DNA of 64,000 nt from Calcarisporiella thermophila CBS 279.70. Its lineage: Eukaryota > Fungi > Calcarisporiellomycota. Shown here piece after piece: positions 25,700 through 41,262 of the stretch. Below the pieces are notes generated by a model, which saw only the letters and a list, made by a program, of their open reading frames with translations, did no database searches and was not told where the DNA came from. The stretch is from the NCBI RefSeq assembly GCF_041956535.1, contig NW_027192200.1, forward strand, positions 51,398-115,397, written 5' to 3'. Made by a program: the position numbers and the translations under genes. The number at the start of each line of letters is the position of its first letter. Position 1 is the first letter of the stretch.

Positions 25700-26926
25700 G
25701 CTAATTTCGCCGTTGTCCTCCAGTTCGAATTTGAATTTGTATTAGTACAATGGATATACGGGATTAGGATTAGAAGAGGAGACAAGCAGATGGAAGAAAT
25801 AAAAGCTTAATCTACATGAGGAAAGGCAAAAGTGATGAGATTAGCCTCCGACCAAGACAGCAGCTACACGAGATTGGCATCGAAGGATAAGGGTTATGGC
25901 GGGAAACCTTTTTGGTTTTGCTTATCTCACCATGCCCATCAGCAATGGCGCCAAAAAGTCTCAATCATCCACACAAAAACCCATATCCCGCTGACCTCAG
26001 CAAGAAACGTCATAATCACAGCGGGATTAAGCTTACATGTCAAGAATCCGGCCTCTACGCTGAGCTATCGCCGCTAGAGCAGGTTGGGCGGAAGAAATGA
26101 GATGGGGGAAGAAAAAGAAAAGCGATTCGAACCGAATTCCTAAAAAGAACTCTGCAAGAAATAGAAAAAAAAATTAGGCGGCGGACAGGTTGTTAGAGAA
26201 GGTGATTGAAAATCGGCAGCGATGACTCTAGCGTGACTTCCGTTGGATATCTCCTCCCCCGTGCGCCGGATAGTTTGCGATGCTGAGAAGACGGTGGAAA
26301 AGGGGCCGATGGGATTTGTAATAGACCGTTCCAACGGCTGGCCTTGTTGACTAATATGCTCTCCTCCAATTCGGCCGCAACTTTTGATTTCAAATTGCTC
26401 CTCGGCTTGCGAGCGCGGAGGACAAAAAAGCCTTGAACTGGCCGATTTGTTCCAGCCTCGTTGTAGTTGAGACCGGAATCCCCCTCCACCCGCATCAACC
26501 GCGGTCATGGACGCCTGAGCATGGAATGCATTGCCGCATCCGGCCCTGCGCGAAGTAAAGCCTTCCCCATCGATCCATATGCTTTTGTCAAAGGAGAAAC
26601 TCCCCTCTGCGAGATGGCCTAGAAATGAACGCCAACCCGCGCTGGGCCCGTTTCTTATGTGCGCAGAGCGCGTAGCGTTGCAGGCTCAGTCTTGCTCGCG
26701 ACAGGCGTCGATTTCACTTGTGCGGTATAAGATCGCCCAAGATCCAATTTAATTGCATATCCCATATTTGGGGCGTTGAAACCAAGATGGCAGAAACACT
26801 GGAGACCCTCGCTGGACGCCTATATTCCATTTACATATCACGCATGGGCTTTCTTCATGCCCATATCCCGCTTGGTCTCCTTTATCCATCTCGCGAGGCC
26901 CGGTTCTCCGATTGCTGAACTCCGTT

Positions 26927-28372
26927 ATGAGGAATGCTCTCCAACGGAGAGACATTGCAAAGGATCAACCCAGGCTGGCCGAAACCGAGCGTGGGCCTGA
27001 GATCGCAAACGATGGCAATGTCGAGTATCCCGACGGCAGATATGGGTGGTGTATTGTTTTCGCGTGTTTCCTCCTCAACTTTGTCGTGTTTGGCTTCAAC
27101 AATGTTTGGCAAGTGATCAAGGCCATGAATCCAACCCATGCATTTCGACGACTGAATGCACTCATCTTCTGTGATTACTTCTAGGGGAATCTTCCAGGCC
27201 CATTACCTTGAAAACCTGCCCTCTGCTTCTCTTTTCCTCCTCTCCCTCTGCGGTAGCATCTCTGCAGGCCTCTTGTTCGCCGCCGGCCCCATCTCGCTCC
27301 CGCTGGTGACTCGATTCGGATATCGCCTCCCCCTCTCGATCGGGACAATCCTGGCCCCGGCGGGAATCGTGCTCATGAGCTTCGCCACGCATGTATGGCA
27401 TCTTTACTTGAGCTTCTCCATCATGTTTGCCTTGGGCGCGTCGATGCTCTTTGTCGCGAGCACCCCCCTGATCCCACAGTGGTTCCTGAGGAAGCGGGGG
27501 TTGGCCACCAGTTTATGCGCCACGGGGGGCGGGGTTGGAAGCTTGATTCTGTCCCCCGTGTCGCAGCATCTCATTGACCGGGTGGGGGTGCAATGGTGCC
27601 TTCGGATTGTAGGGTGCTGCTGTCTCCTGCTATGTACCATGGCAACACTGCTGGTCAAGCCTTACACCCTCCGCGACCGAGGGTCGAGAGAAATCGCTAG
27701 CGACTGGAGTTTCCTTCAGTTGCCGGGCTTTTGGGGCATCCTATCCTTCTCGTTCTTGCATCTCTTGGGCTTCATCGCGCCCTATTACTTCGTGCCATGT
27801 ATGCATACCTTGGCCATTGGTTTCCTCCTCTTCCCGCTCGGTTGACTAATGAATGGTTTGATGGTTTTTGCCGCCAAGCCCATGCAATCTCGGCTGGCGT
27901 CTCTCCTCAGATGAGCTCCATTTTCGTGGCGCTGATGGCGGGCTTCAGTATCCCTGGCCGTCTTTGCTGCGGCTTCCTCTCCGACCTCTACGGCCCTTTC
28001 AACATCTCGCTTCTCAGCATTTTTCTCTCGGGGGTGTTTTGCTTTTGCATCTGGGCCCTTCCCCCCAGCTTCGCCTCCCTCTGCACGTTCAGCCTTCTCT
28101 ACGGCTTCTTCGGGGCGGTCAGCTCGACCCTTGTTCCAGCCTTGACCCCCAAGGTCGTGAAGATGGAGCGCTTGGACTCAGCGCTCAACTTCCTCTTCTT
28201 CACCAATTCCCTCCCAATGATAATCGGGGGCCTAGTCATAGGTGTCCTAGTCCATGTGTTGCACGGCTATTTGGCCGCTGCGCTGTTTACGGGGACCGTC
28301 TTCCTGTTGGGAGCTGGGTGTCTGTTATGCACCAAGCTTTGGATCAATAAGAGTTGGCTTGCTAAAGTGTAA
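26927..28372 (+). CDS. MFS transporter, monocarboxylate porter (Mch/SLC16-like) family
   Basis: PDGRYGWCIVFACFL...WGIFQ, PQWFLRKRGLATSL, GRLCCGFLSDLYGPFN, about 12 hydrophobic segments. Introns 27109-27184 (GC-AG) and 27799-27878. Start codon uncertain. Confidence 0.9.
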
Positions 28373-28657
28373 CTCAGGAGTGCGCCTTACTCTGCTGGCA
28401 CCTTTTTTGTGAAAAGAAACAAGGTTCATTTATTGTCACAATACCTTTGAATGTTGATGCTTAGGCTCATTATATAATCTACAAGGTCGCGCAGAGTGTA
28501 TATAAAACGAAAGATTAAGGGGGAAAAAATAGAAGAAAATAAACATAGAAGATGGCAGCTAACTCTAATGTCAAACTTGGAATGTAGAATAAAAAATTGT
28601 TAAATGAATCACAAGGGAAAGAAGTGTAGTAGTGTCGCTGTCTAGCTTGGTCTCATT

Positions 28658-31600
28658 CTAATGAGAAGCCCCGGTGCGGCCAAGCACTTGCCCGACCGCC
28701 TTCAACTCCGGCAGCTCCCTCGCGCCTTTCACATTGGGCATCGTCATAAATCCAACCCGAGTCAAGTACGCCAGGTACAGTCCGATCAGCTCCTCGGTCA
28801 TCCGCGGAACGGCAGCCCCCTGGAGAAGTCGCTGTGTGTTGGTGTCGTCCAGTTCGGGCGACTTGGTGCTGGTGGGGAGATCGTCGAGGACAAAGTGCAA
28901 CAGGGGGAACAGGGCATTGTCTTGGGCCTGCAGGGTGTATTCGGTAAGCGCGTTGCGCCACGTGATGTATTCGTGCTGCTTGACCTCGTAGCCGTACGCC
29001 GGGAGGCATCCGAAGAGATCATTGAACCGGAAAGCGGGCACCGGGTGGGTCACATGGAACACCGCCCCTTCCGCCGCGAATTCCCCAGCAGCGCGCTTAG
29101 CCACCTCGGCCACGCACCGCGCCACATAGTCGACGGGACACATGTTCACCGCATTGTTGATCTGAGGCACCGACCCAAGTTCAACGCATCCCTTGACAAG
29201 GCGCCAGATGAAATCATCCGTGTTGCTGACCCCCGTCTCCGTGCTTCCCAGCACATATCCCGGTCTCACAATGGCGGCGGGTAGTCCGCGACGGCGGGCT
29301 TCCAGGGTCAGCTTCTCGGCAACCCACTTCGACTGGCCGTATCCGCTTCGCAGGCCCTCGCGGCTACCCTCCAGGCTGTCCTCCTCGCTAACCCCGCGCC
29401 CTCCCTGCTCTATCACCGCATCGCTTAGTCGGACGTAGTGTTCGGTGTCGAGCACGGACGTCGAGCTCACGAAGGTGAAGGACTTGGTGTGATGGGCGCC
29501 CGCAAGCTGCAGGGCCCACGCAGTGCCTTCTACATTGGCAGGGCGTAACTTCGAGTACGGGTAGACCCAGTGCACCAGGGCACCGTTGTGCACGATTGCG
29601 TCCACCTCCTGGGCAAGCCGCTGCCAATCCGCATCGGAGACGCCGAGCTTCTCGGACGCTAGATCGCCACACACTGCCTCGATGCGGGAATGGTATGCGT
29701 CGTCCCACACTAGATGCGCCTTGGCCGACTGGATGATGCGAGAAACGGCGGCTTCGGGGGACTTGGATCGAACATGGCAAATGACACGGCAGCTGGGGTC
29801 CAGCCTGAGGAGGGTGGCCAGGATAAAAGCGCCTAGGAATCCGGTCGCTCCTGTAAGAAGATACGTCTTGCTTTTCCCCAAGTCTTCTCCAGCCACTGGT
29901 GCGTACTGTGCGGGCAGGTAGCTCGTGAAGAGCTGGGGTAGATCGGCGGCATAATTGAATTCCTCAGTGGGGGACCGCCGACCATTCGGGGCCGACTCTC
30001 CCGCCTCGGCTCGAGTCGGAGTTGGGGCCGCGCTCGATTTGTTATCATCGCCGGCAAGGTTGAGGTCAGAGCTCTGCAGCCGATCTATCTCCCGTGCCAT
30101 TCCCTGGATCGTGGGCTCACGGAACACCAGACTCAGGGGCGCGCCCTCGAAGCACGCCTTGCGCACCTCGAAGATCAGGCGGGTGGCGAGAATCGAGTGT
30201 CCACCGAGGTCGAAGAAGTTCTCGTCCAAGGGGATAAAGGGTTGCGGAGGGTTGGGCAAGAGGCGGGTCCAGATGTCGTGAATGGCTTGCTCGGTCGGCG
30301 ACCTCTTCGGGGCTGCCATCGCGGGTGCGACCGGAAGCGCGGACATTGTGTCTGGAAATGGCAGTGCAGGCTTATCGATTTTGCCGTTGGGGGTCAGAGG
30401 CATCCGCTTCAAAGGCACAAACACTACAAGGAAAACAGGATCAGGTTAAGCCATCCATTGGCAACAATTTAGGCTGGCGAGGTGTCGGTCCTTACCCGAC
30501 GGCACCGCATAGCTTGGCAGCTTGGTCTTCAAGTACTCCCTGATATTCCGGATCAATCTCTTGTATTTCCTCGAGCTGCGCAAGCCTTTTCCACGCTCCC
30601 CTTCCTCCCCATTGTCATCGTCGGTGGAGGACAAAAACTCGTCCAAGTCGGCGCCACTCACGGGGATGAAGTAGGAAACTAGCGTCTGCTCCTCGTACTT
30701 GTCACGGCGCACCAGGGTGACGTTCTCGCGAACAAGCGGGTGCTGCGAAAGATGGGTGTCGATTTCACCAAGTTCCACGCGGAAACCGCGGATCTTAACC
30801 TGGTCATCCGCTCGGCCAGTGCACTCGACTAAGTTAAGAGAGAGAGGAAAAAAAAAGAAAACGCATCTAGGTAAGCATGCATTGCGATTGGATTCGATAG
30901 GATAGCCGATGGACTACCATTCCCGTCAGGCCTATACCTCCCCAGGTCTCCCGTTCTGTAAAGCCGGTCCCTGGCTCCCTTCCAAAACTCTCTCCACGGC
31001 TCCTTGGTTCCGGTCACTCCGGCCTCCTCAGCGGACCTTTGCCCAGGGAACCAGTTCTCCAGGAATTTCTCCGCGGTTGCCTCGGGAAGCCGCAGATAAC
31101 CTTCGGCCAGCCCCCCGGCGCGCACGTAAATCTCCCCTACTTCCCCGACTCCGCACATGATATCGCGCTTTTTCCTATTCACCACCAGCAGTTGCACGTT
31201 GCACATCCCTTTCCCCGCCGGCATCACATCCTTTTGCGAGCTTAGGAAGGCAGGGTGCGAAGACAGGGGAGGGATATCGTAGTATGAAACGGATCGCTGT
31301 GTCTCCGTGGTGCCGTACATATTGATAATGTGGGCGTTCGTGGCGGCCTTTTGAAGTCGGTGGGTGTCGCGCTTCGTGAGAATATCGCCCACAAAGAAGG
31401 CATGGTGCAGGGTGGGAATCGGGGTCTGAGCGTGAGACGAAAGAAGCTGGCCCATGGCTGGGAAAGGGGTGGGTAGAGGTTAGAAAAAGTTTTCAGGCGA
31501 ACAAGTAAAGGGATAGGTGAAGGGCTAAACCATACCAGGGGTCAAGTGGGTCACGGTCACTCCACTCGTTGCCATCCATTCTGCCAGTCGCCCCGGGATG

Positions 31601-33293
31601 CCGATATCTTCTCCCGTTGGAATCCAGAGCTGCGCCCCCAGGAAGAGCGGGGTGAAAATGTCGCGCTGAATCGGATCGTGGGCAATGCCACTCAGCATCG
31701 TGAACCTATCCTCGGAGGAAAGGCCAAATTGCTGGGCCATCCACGGGTAATAATGGGTAAGCGAGAAGTGTCGTCCGCGCACGCCCTTGGGAATCCCCGT
31801 ACTGCCGCTCGTGAAGCTGAGGGTCCCGATGCTGTCGGGGCCGACCACCACCCCGGGCCCTTGGGCTGACAGCTCACGGATGGGATCCAGGATGTCTTGG
31901 CTCGACTCGGACGTACCACCGCAGAGGGTACCGTTGTCCTCAAGGCGTAGGGCTGGGATGCGGCAGGCGATATCCAAGTTGTCTTTAATGTAGCCCTCGA
32001 CTGCCTCATCCAGCCGGCCCGCCTTCTCCAGCACAATGATACCCCGTGGGGTTGCCACCGAAAGATATATCTGCTGCCTGCTCGGGGGGTAGGCCGGGTC
32101 GATCACACTAAAGGTCGCGCCCGCACGCAGCACGCCCATGATTGCCACCACCAAATCCACGCCCCGGTAAGCATAAATCATCACCACATCCTCGCGACGG
32201 ATCCCATTGCGTAGTAGATGGTGAGCGACCATATTTGTGGCTCGGTTAATTTGCGCATAGGTGAAGGTGCATCGGCCCTCATCCCTTGACTCCACCACGC
32301 AAATTCTATCGGGATGTCGCCGTGCATTCTCCTCGAATATATCGTGGATGGCTCCGCGCCACTCGCTCCACTTAAGATTGGCGGTGGGGTTGGGAATCAC
32401 CTCCTGGCACAACCGAGTCACAAGGGGGATGTCGCCAACAGTTAACTTGGTATTCTTGCTCACCGTCTCCACTACACGCACCAGCTGCTCCAACATGATC
32501 TCCACTCGAGCCGGCGAAAACAACACTTGGTTGTATGATACTCCAACTTCCAAGCGGGGAAGAAGCGCGTCTCGCAATGACGACGAGGAGTGGGAGGATA
32601 TGATAATGGTCAGGTCGGTCGATGCTGATGTGGGTGCTAGCGCGGATTCTGATGGGGCGTCGGTGTGATTGAAGAAGCGAATGCGGAAGAGGGGTTGGCG
32701 ATTTTCTTCGGTTGAGGAGGGCTGTAAGGCATCAATGAGGGAGGTGAAGGGGACTTCGTCATTTGCTGCTTCTTGCTCCATCTAAAATAAAACCCATAGC
32801 CATAGATACCCAGATCAACGCGCTGATTACCTCGCTAATAATAATGCTCCAATGCTTCTCAATTTACCTTGTGAGCCATTCGAACAATGTCTTCGAAGGT
32901 GTTCTCCGGGTTCACGCTTAGCTTTAGCACCAGCGGGTTACCTGAATCGCTGGAAGAGCCCACCGCAAACTCCTCGTCGCCCGTGTATCTCTGTAGTAGC
33001 ACTGCAAATGCCGCGAGCAGGATAATGAAAGGGGAAGGATGGGTCTGGGCCTTTCCCTCCCCCACTTGAAGCGCCAATGACAGCTGTAGCAGGGCGAGAG
33101 ATAGGGACTCCGAGAGAGGTAATGTGTGAAATGCTTCGATAATCTTGAGGGGCATTGGCCGGGGATAATCGGTGGGAAGTTGAAGGTCGGCGAGGTTGTG
33201 AAGGCGAGCATGCCACCGCTTTAATCTTGCTCTCAGCTCCTCGGGTGTGAGCTGGACGGGAGGCTTTTGTTGTTGTGGCGGGTTGAGCGTCAT
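28658..33293 (-). CDS. LYS2: L-2-aminoadipate reductase (A-T-R domains)
   Basis: A-domain [12 protein letters not shown] and INMYGTTET, carrier motif FFDLGGHSI, reductase LTGATGFLG and [10 protein letters not shown]. Introns 32782-32867, 31458-31535, 30829-30917, 30424-30495. Confidence 0.97.
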
Positions 33294-33653
33294 ATTAGAA
33301 TAGGAGAGGAGGTTGTATTTTGGGTTGTTCTAACTAAGTAGTCAATGAGAATTCCTGGATCAAGGGGGGGGTCGAGAGAACACGCTTTTAATAATTTGCT
33401 CGCTCAGAGATAATCAAGTGAAAGATGATCGATCTATTGGGAAAATACACAGTCACATCTCTCTATCACAATCTCAGTCATTCAATTTCAGAAATAAATT
33501 AAATGATTTGTCTATACCTAATCTCCATATTATATGCATTCAAAAAAAGGGCGAAAACAAAGTATAAAATATATATAAAAATAACGTGAAGTCAACTCAA
33601 GTTAATCCAAGAATATTTTCGTAAGAGAAAAAAAAGCAAAAAGATCTATTCAT

Positions 33654-35605
<1,952 letters not shown>

Positions 35606-36274
35606 CCCAAGTGTCAACTTTATAGGTAAGACCGGAAAGTTAAGGGCGGGGGAAAACACTAAACAAAAAATTATTATTAATGGAATGGAACACCGCCTCT
35701 GGGTGAAGTTGGAGATTCAAAATGCCCGCTGATTTCTGGCAGCAGCCCTCCCCAACCCTCCCCCCGACCTTTCCCAATCAACTCAAAATAAACTCCTTTT
35801 CCCATCGAATTGCAACTGCGACTCGTTTTCCCCCTTTCTCCTCGGAAAGGCCATTTCTATCCTCTGTTCTTTGCAAGTCAGCCGCCAAACTATCTGCGCT
35901 TGCCCCGGTTTCCGCAACTTTCACACGTATGTGCCCCCCCGCAGCTCTGAGAAGTGCCGCGAGAATAGCTCACGCAAAAGAAAACTCCCTGGTAAGACTC
36001 GGTTTGAATAGCAGATGCCATCTTGGATGGAGAAAAGAAAAAGATTATTATTGAATTTAATAGTAAAGAGAGAAGGGGAGAAAGAGAGAAAGAGAGAAAG
36101 AAAAAAGAAAACCTATATATCAATAAATATTCGTATGAACACCAGATTGATATAGAAAAACGGTGGTATATTAAAGGTAACGAAAACAGGATTTACTGTC
36201 AACCCGCCAATGCGTGTTGAATCAAATTAGGCTGGGGAGGGGAGTGGCCCCCCCCTCCCCCCTTTCCCCATATT

Positions 36275-38352
36275 CTATTGCGCCTCGCGGCTCCTCTTCA
36301 CCCACTTCATCATCATGATATCCAAATCGTTCAACACCCACCGACACATCACCAGCAGCACTCCTAACCAGCTCTCCACTCTACTCTTCACCCTCACATC
36401 GGTGACCAGTGCCCATGCCTCGAGGGGCTGTGCGGCCATAAAAACACGCACCACTGCCTCTATATAGAGCTGCGTCATGTCGTCGCTTGGCCGCCGACTA
36501 ATTCGCTCCCCCACGGAGCGCGTGATTTTGGAGCCCCAGTTCAAAAAGGACGACTGTTTCCGGACTCGCGGCTTGCCGTCTTCCTTACTGGCAACCCCAG
36601 AGCCAACCCCACTATGAGAGTTGGTCCCTAGACTAGACCGCGGATCCACCAATATCTGCTCGTTCAGCTTGGGCAGAGGACCAAACTTCTTGATAATAAT
36701 GGATAGGACGGCATCCAGCGCGGGATCGATCAATTGGATCTCCTAAAGAACGGAAAAAGTGTTTAACTTCTATGCCAAGTTGCGGAGGCAAAGAGAGAGG
36801 GAGAGCGAGGGGTGTCTTGGGCCTTACCTTGAGTGTGCCTTGTATATTCTCCAGCTGCTCCCACCGCCCCATTCGCGAAATCGCGTCGTAAACGGCGTCG
36901 CATACCTGTAGCTTTGTTTCCAACATTCCCAGCTTCAGCCCGGGCTGTAGCCACACTCCTTTTGGCACATAGAGCTTCGGCGTCAGATACCATCCGTTAC
37001 GTGCACTTCTTTCTATCCCGCGCATCAGCCAGAAAATGCGTGCACGCGCCGAAGAAGGACACGGCTCAGGCCCACTCTCCGTGTACGGCGAGGAAATATA
37101 GGCATTGCTCCCTGGAACACCGTAGAACATGGAAGGGGATATATTGGAGTGGAAAGGAAGCTGCGGGGTGAAGCCCATTGCCCCCGGAGAAGGCCGCACT
37201 ATCTCGCAGGATTTGGATCGCAAAGGAGCGCTGTGGGGCGTCAAGCTCTGCGCAGGCTCCTGGGGTGGAGGGCTGTCGGAAGTCCGAGGCGGGGCCATGG
37301 AGAGTGTTGGCCGCCGCTTGCGCACGTAAAATGTCGCTGGCGCTTCGGCTTTCGACAGAGGATGGAGTGGAGGGGGCGATTTGGGCGGAGAAGTAGTACA
37401 CTGCGTAGGTGCAAACGATAGTGGAGGCGACTCTTCGGGCGAATCGGTCAGGGATGCAAGGGAGCTTGAGAGCGAGTCGTTCAACCACGGTTGGGTGGTT
37501 GTGTCATGGGATGAGAGATCCGTGGCCGAAGGGTTATGAGAAGAGCACACATCCGACGCCCTGCCAGAGATGCCATTATCCTCCTCCTCCTCCTCTTCTT
37601 CTCCATCTTCTCCTCCTCCTCCTCCTCCTCCTTCTTCTTCCTCTTGGTCGTTTTCTATTGCCCCGGCAGGCTCGTACCCTTCATCCTTTCTTCTCTCTTC
37701 GCTCTCTACTAATTCTCCATCCCCTTCTTCTATCTCCGATTCCACTTCCACCTTTGCTTTCGGCGAAGTCTCCGATTGTACATCTTCAGTTATCACTATT
37801 TCCACCTCTTTCTCCTCCTCAGCCTTTGCTTCCTCCCTGACTTCTTGCTGCGCCTCGTCAGCATTCTCATCTTCGTTATCGCATACACTCCGCTCGTCGT
37901 CATCATGGATTCCTAAGGATCCCGGCGTTAGTGGTGAAGGAGATGGTAGTGGAGAAGGTGGTAAGCCGTTGGACTTTAGCTCTTTCCTAGGGGAATTAAT
38001 GAGCGTGTGTATGCGGTGCTGATACGTCTCCAGCTTTTAAAAAAATTCGTTAAAAATACGCAGAATGAAAGGAGAGAAATCTCAATCGAGAAATGGCCAA
38101 GCTTACAATATAGTTTAGCTTCTTCCGATGACTGACGGATGACTCGTCGATCAGCTTTTTCAGCAACACAACTGCTTCCTTATATGCGACTATAGCCTCG
38201 TCCACTTTCTTGGCTCTATCGAGACGCACTGCTGCCTGAGCCTTGATATGGGCTGCATCAAGAGCGCGTTTAGGTGAACAAGAGGAGACGGTAATAGGGG
38301 GATTGATTGGGAAGGAGGGAAGGGTTGATGGATGGGTCTGATGGGTTGTCAT
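36275..38352 (-). CDS. MIT-domain-containing protein
   Basis: N-terminal KRALDAAHIKAQAAVRLD...EAIVAYKEAVVLL (MIT-like), acidic/Pro-rich linker, C-terminal FWLMR..GWYLTPKLYVPKGVWLQPGLKL domain seen in fungal MIT proteins; two introns. Confidence 0.85.
37578..37645. repeat. (CCT/CTT)n trinucleotide microsatellite encoding poly-Glu/Gly
   Basis: Visible cctcctcct/tcttct run inside the MIT-protein CDS. Confidence 0.85.
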
Positions 38353-39409
38353 CTCTAGCAGGATGGATAGGTCGATGCATGAACAAAATAGAATTATTAT
38401 AGGGTGAAGAGAGTAGAAAGCATTGAAAGACGAGGAATCGTTTATAACATAACCATTAATCCGGAATTAAGTCATCTACTATGCTTGTGTAATTTAGAGT
38501 GAATTAGATGAAGTTAAAAAACAAGATATAGAATATAGAAAAAAAAAAAACGTAAGAAAGAATGTAACTGCAACGACGAAAAAGCTTTGGTTTCATCACA
38601 TCAAATAATTTTGTGTTAATAAGGCCATTTTTGGACATCCGCATCTTAGGTTAAGATTTGCGAACAAATCTAAATATTCAAATCAGTTCTGAAGTTTGGA
38701 CGTTCCAAATAGCAGGGCGACAACGTCATCTCCTTCTATTTCGTGCCAGGGCCGTGCAGGTGGCACACTCACTGGCACCCGTGCACTCTCTCCTCCCTCT
38801 CTTCCTGTAGAGACTATGAAAGGTACTTGGACTCCTCTCGTGACCTCTTCAAGCTCTTAACCATAGAATTGACCGAGCATTCCAGTTAGCAGTGGGGGGT
38901 TGCGAACTCGCACGCAAGGACCCTTTGGGGATTCAGTACATGGGTATTTGTTCTGCTTGCAAAGGATGCCAAGGAACTTTCCAATCTACTTAAGCTCACT
39001 AACTCCTTCTCACCGACTCTAAGGGGGGGGGGGGAGGTTTGAATCGAAACAAATGCGCGAAAGAAAACCAGTGGATAGGAACAAGGATATTATTATTAAT
39101 GAAATATGAAGGCATGTTTTTCGTTCTACAACAAAACTCAAAACAAACTAAACAAAGTAAAATGCAAAACTCTAGAGTTTGTTTTTCCATTTTCCCAGTC
39201 ACACCTTTCCAGTTTCCTGCTCTCCACTGCAGGCTGGCACCGTCTCTGCCAAGTAAATAGAATTAAAAACCGGAGTGGGTGGTGCCGGCCACGACAATTC
39301 CCCAGCGGAAATCGCGCTCGCTCGACGAAGCACCAAATCATCCACGGTGAATCCGGATGGACGCCTCTGAACATTGCCGGCGGAAGCACGGCGGAACCGC
39401 CATTCTGCG

Positions 39410-41262
39410 CTAGATGGGGGCCGCTGCAGCAGAGGGACGACCAGAGGAACTACTTTGGAGTCCGGCATCGGGAAAAAGGAGGGGAGGGGAGAGGGAGGGG
39501 GAGGGTTCGATGATCAGTGGGTGGGGCGGATCGAAAGGGGCTGCAATATTCGGGACTGGAACCGGATTGGGTGAGGAAATGGGAGAAGGAGAGGAGGGCG
39601 AGGGAGATAGTTTGCTTGCGCTCTCTAGAAGCTCTCCTCCACCCGCGCGGGCGGAAGCTGCGGCTGGCTCGACCTCCGGCGATGCAACTGTTTGAACCGG
39701 AACCAGCGCAAATGTGAAGGAGTTTCCCTCCTCGATCACGCACTGTACTTCGCCCATCTCTCTCAGCATCGCAGGAAGCCTTGGTGGAATTGGGGGGGAT
39801 GCCCCTTTGCTTTGCTGGGCTTTCGCGTCGGCTGGGGTCTGCTTATCGGTTTTCCACGCATGGTTGGCTTGAGTGTACGCATATGCTTTACAGACCCCTC
39901 CAACATGCAGGCAACCCAACGTCACGGCATAAATCCAGGCGGCCTACAGAGATACGGTTCATTAGGTTAAAAATAGAGCGCATAGTATGGAATACAAGCA
40001 GCGATTGAAGTAACCTGGTAGCCAAACAATCGACAAAGCCCGTAGATGATGATCCCGGTGTACTGCAACAAATGTACAATAATAAACAATGTCATTTTCC
40101 TGGTCACCTGCTGCACCGAGCCTCCATTGGCTTCAGACACAAGAGGCTGTGGCTTGGAGGAGAGGGGAAGGCAGTCACGGGGAGTGGATGGATGGACGAG
40201 AGGAGCGATCGAGGTGGCAGGAGAGAGGTTATGGAGCCGAGAGGCCTCAATGGGGTGCGTGGGGGACCCTGCCCATTCCAGCCGCTCGGCGCGCAAGGCC
40301 AGGCTAGTAGGGGTGGTAATAGGCCCTTCTCTCCGCAATAGCGGATGGGGCGGCTTCACCGGGGCAGTGGGCGGTGAACCTCTTTTCTTTCGAACCACCT
40401 CGGAAGTCTCGTTGAACGTGTTGATGCCCACAATCACAATGAGTTCATCGTCAGCCGACACCAACTTCTTGATCACCTGCAGATAGCAGTAGGTCGTTGC
40501 CAGCAGCACGATATAGTTGAAGGTAACCAGAATGGCAAAGAAAAGAGTTTGGCCGACGGCTTGGTTAAGAACAAAGCACCTAACGAAAGGAAGTAAGTGG
40601 ACCTCGAACGCGTGTAGGGATGAAAAAGTGCACGCGTGACCGCATCCATTTACTTACCAATAGGTGTCATTTCCAAATCCTTTCAAGCATAGCGTCGCCG
40701 TCGTTACCGCAATCGGTATAAGCGATGCATAGGCCAGGAACCTCCAGTCGTACCTCCCGATCTTCACCTGGCATCCCCTGCATATCTTTTGGTATATGAT
40801 CAGCGCCATCATACCGGCAAGCCCCATATTGGTCATGACTGCGAAATTGATGGTGGCGCCCATGGCCGAGCACACGGACGCCCCAGGCAGCATGTCCACC
40901 GCAAGGCCGTGGAGGCAATTGACGAGGGTCAGGGTAGCCGTGACGAATTCGAGCGAGGCCATGTAGAGCGGAAATCGCACGAAAATGCCGAGCCGCTCTC
41001 CCGTCTTGGTAAGGCAGCTACGTTGGTGGTAGGCTCTACAAAACACGTACAAGGCCGCAAGAATATTTGCCACACTGGCGAGTGCTCCGGTGGCCAGCAC
41101 GGCTGCGCTTCCCACAGAGTCCTGCTGACTGATACGCAATGTCGGGGGGGTTGAAGCCGGCAGGGGGGCGCGCTCCAAAAGGAGGACATTCGGGTAGGGC
41201 AATGACTCCACACAGGAAAATGCAAGTGATATACATATACAAAGAACGAGTCGCACTATCAT
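39410..41262 (-). CDS. 7-TM G-protein-coupled receptor (Git3/cAMP-receptor-like) with signal peptide
   Basis: Spliced model (introns 40580-40657, 39944-40014) gives a signal peptide plus seven hydrophobic helices, RFPLY in TM2, a TM3 Cys, GFGNDTYWC in ECL2, a long ICL3 and TM7 GGVCKAYAY. Confidence 0.82.

Noticed and set aside
28658-33293. A-T-R enzyme as a secondary-metabolite NRPS cluster
   Set aside because: Architecture and motifs match primary-metabolism Lys2; no tailoring genes nearby.
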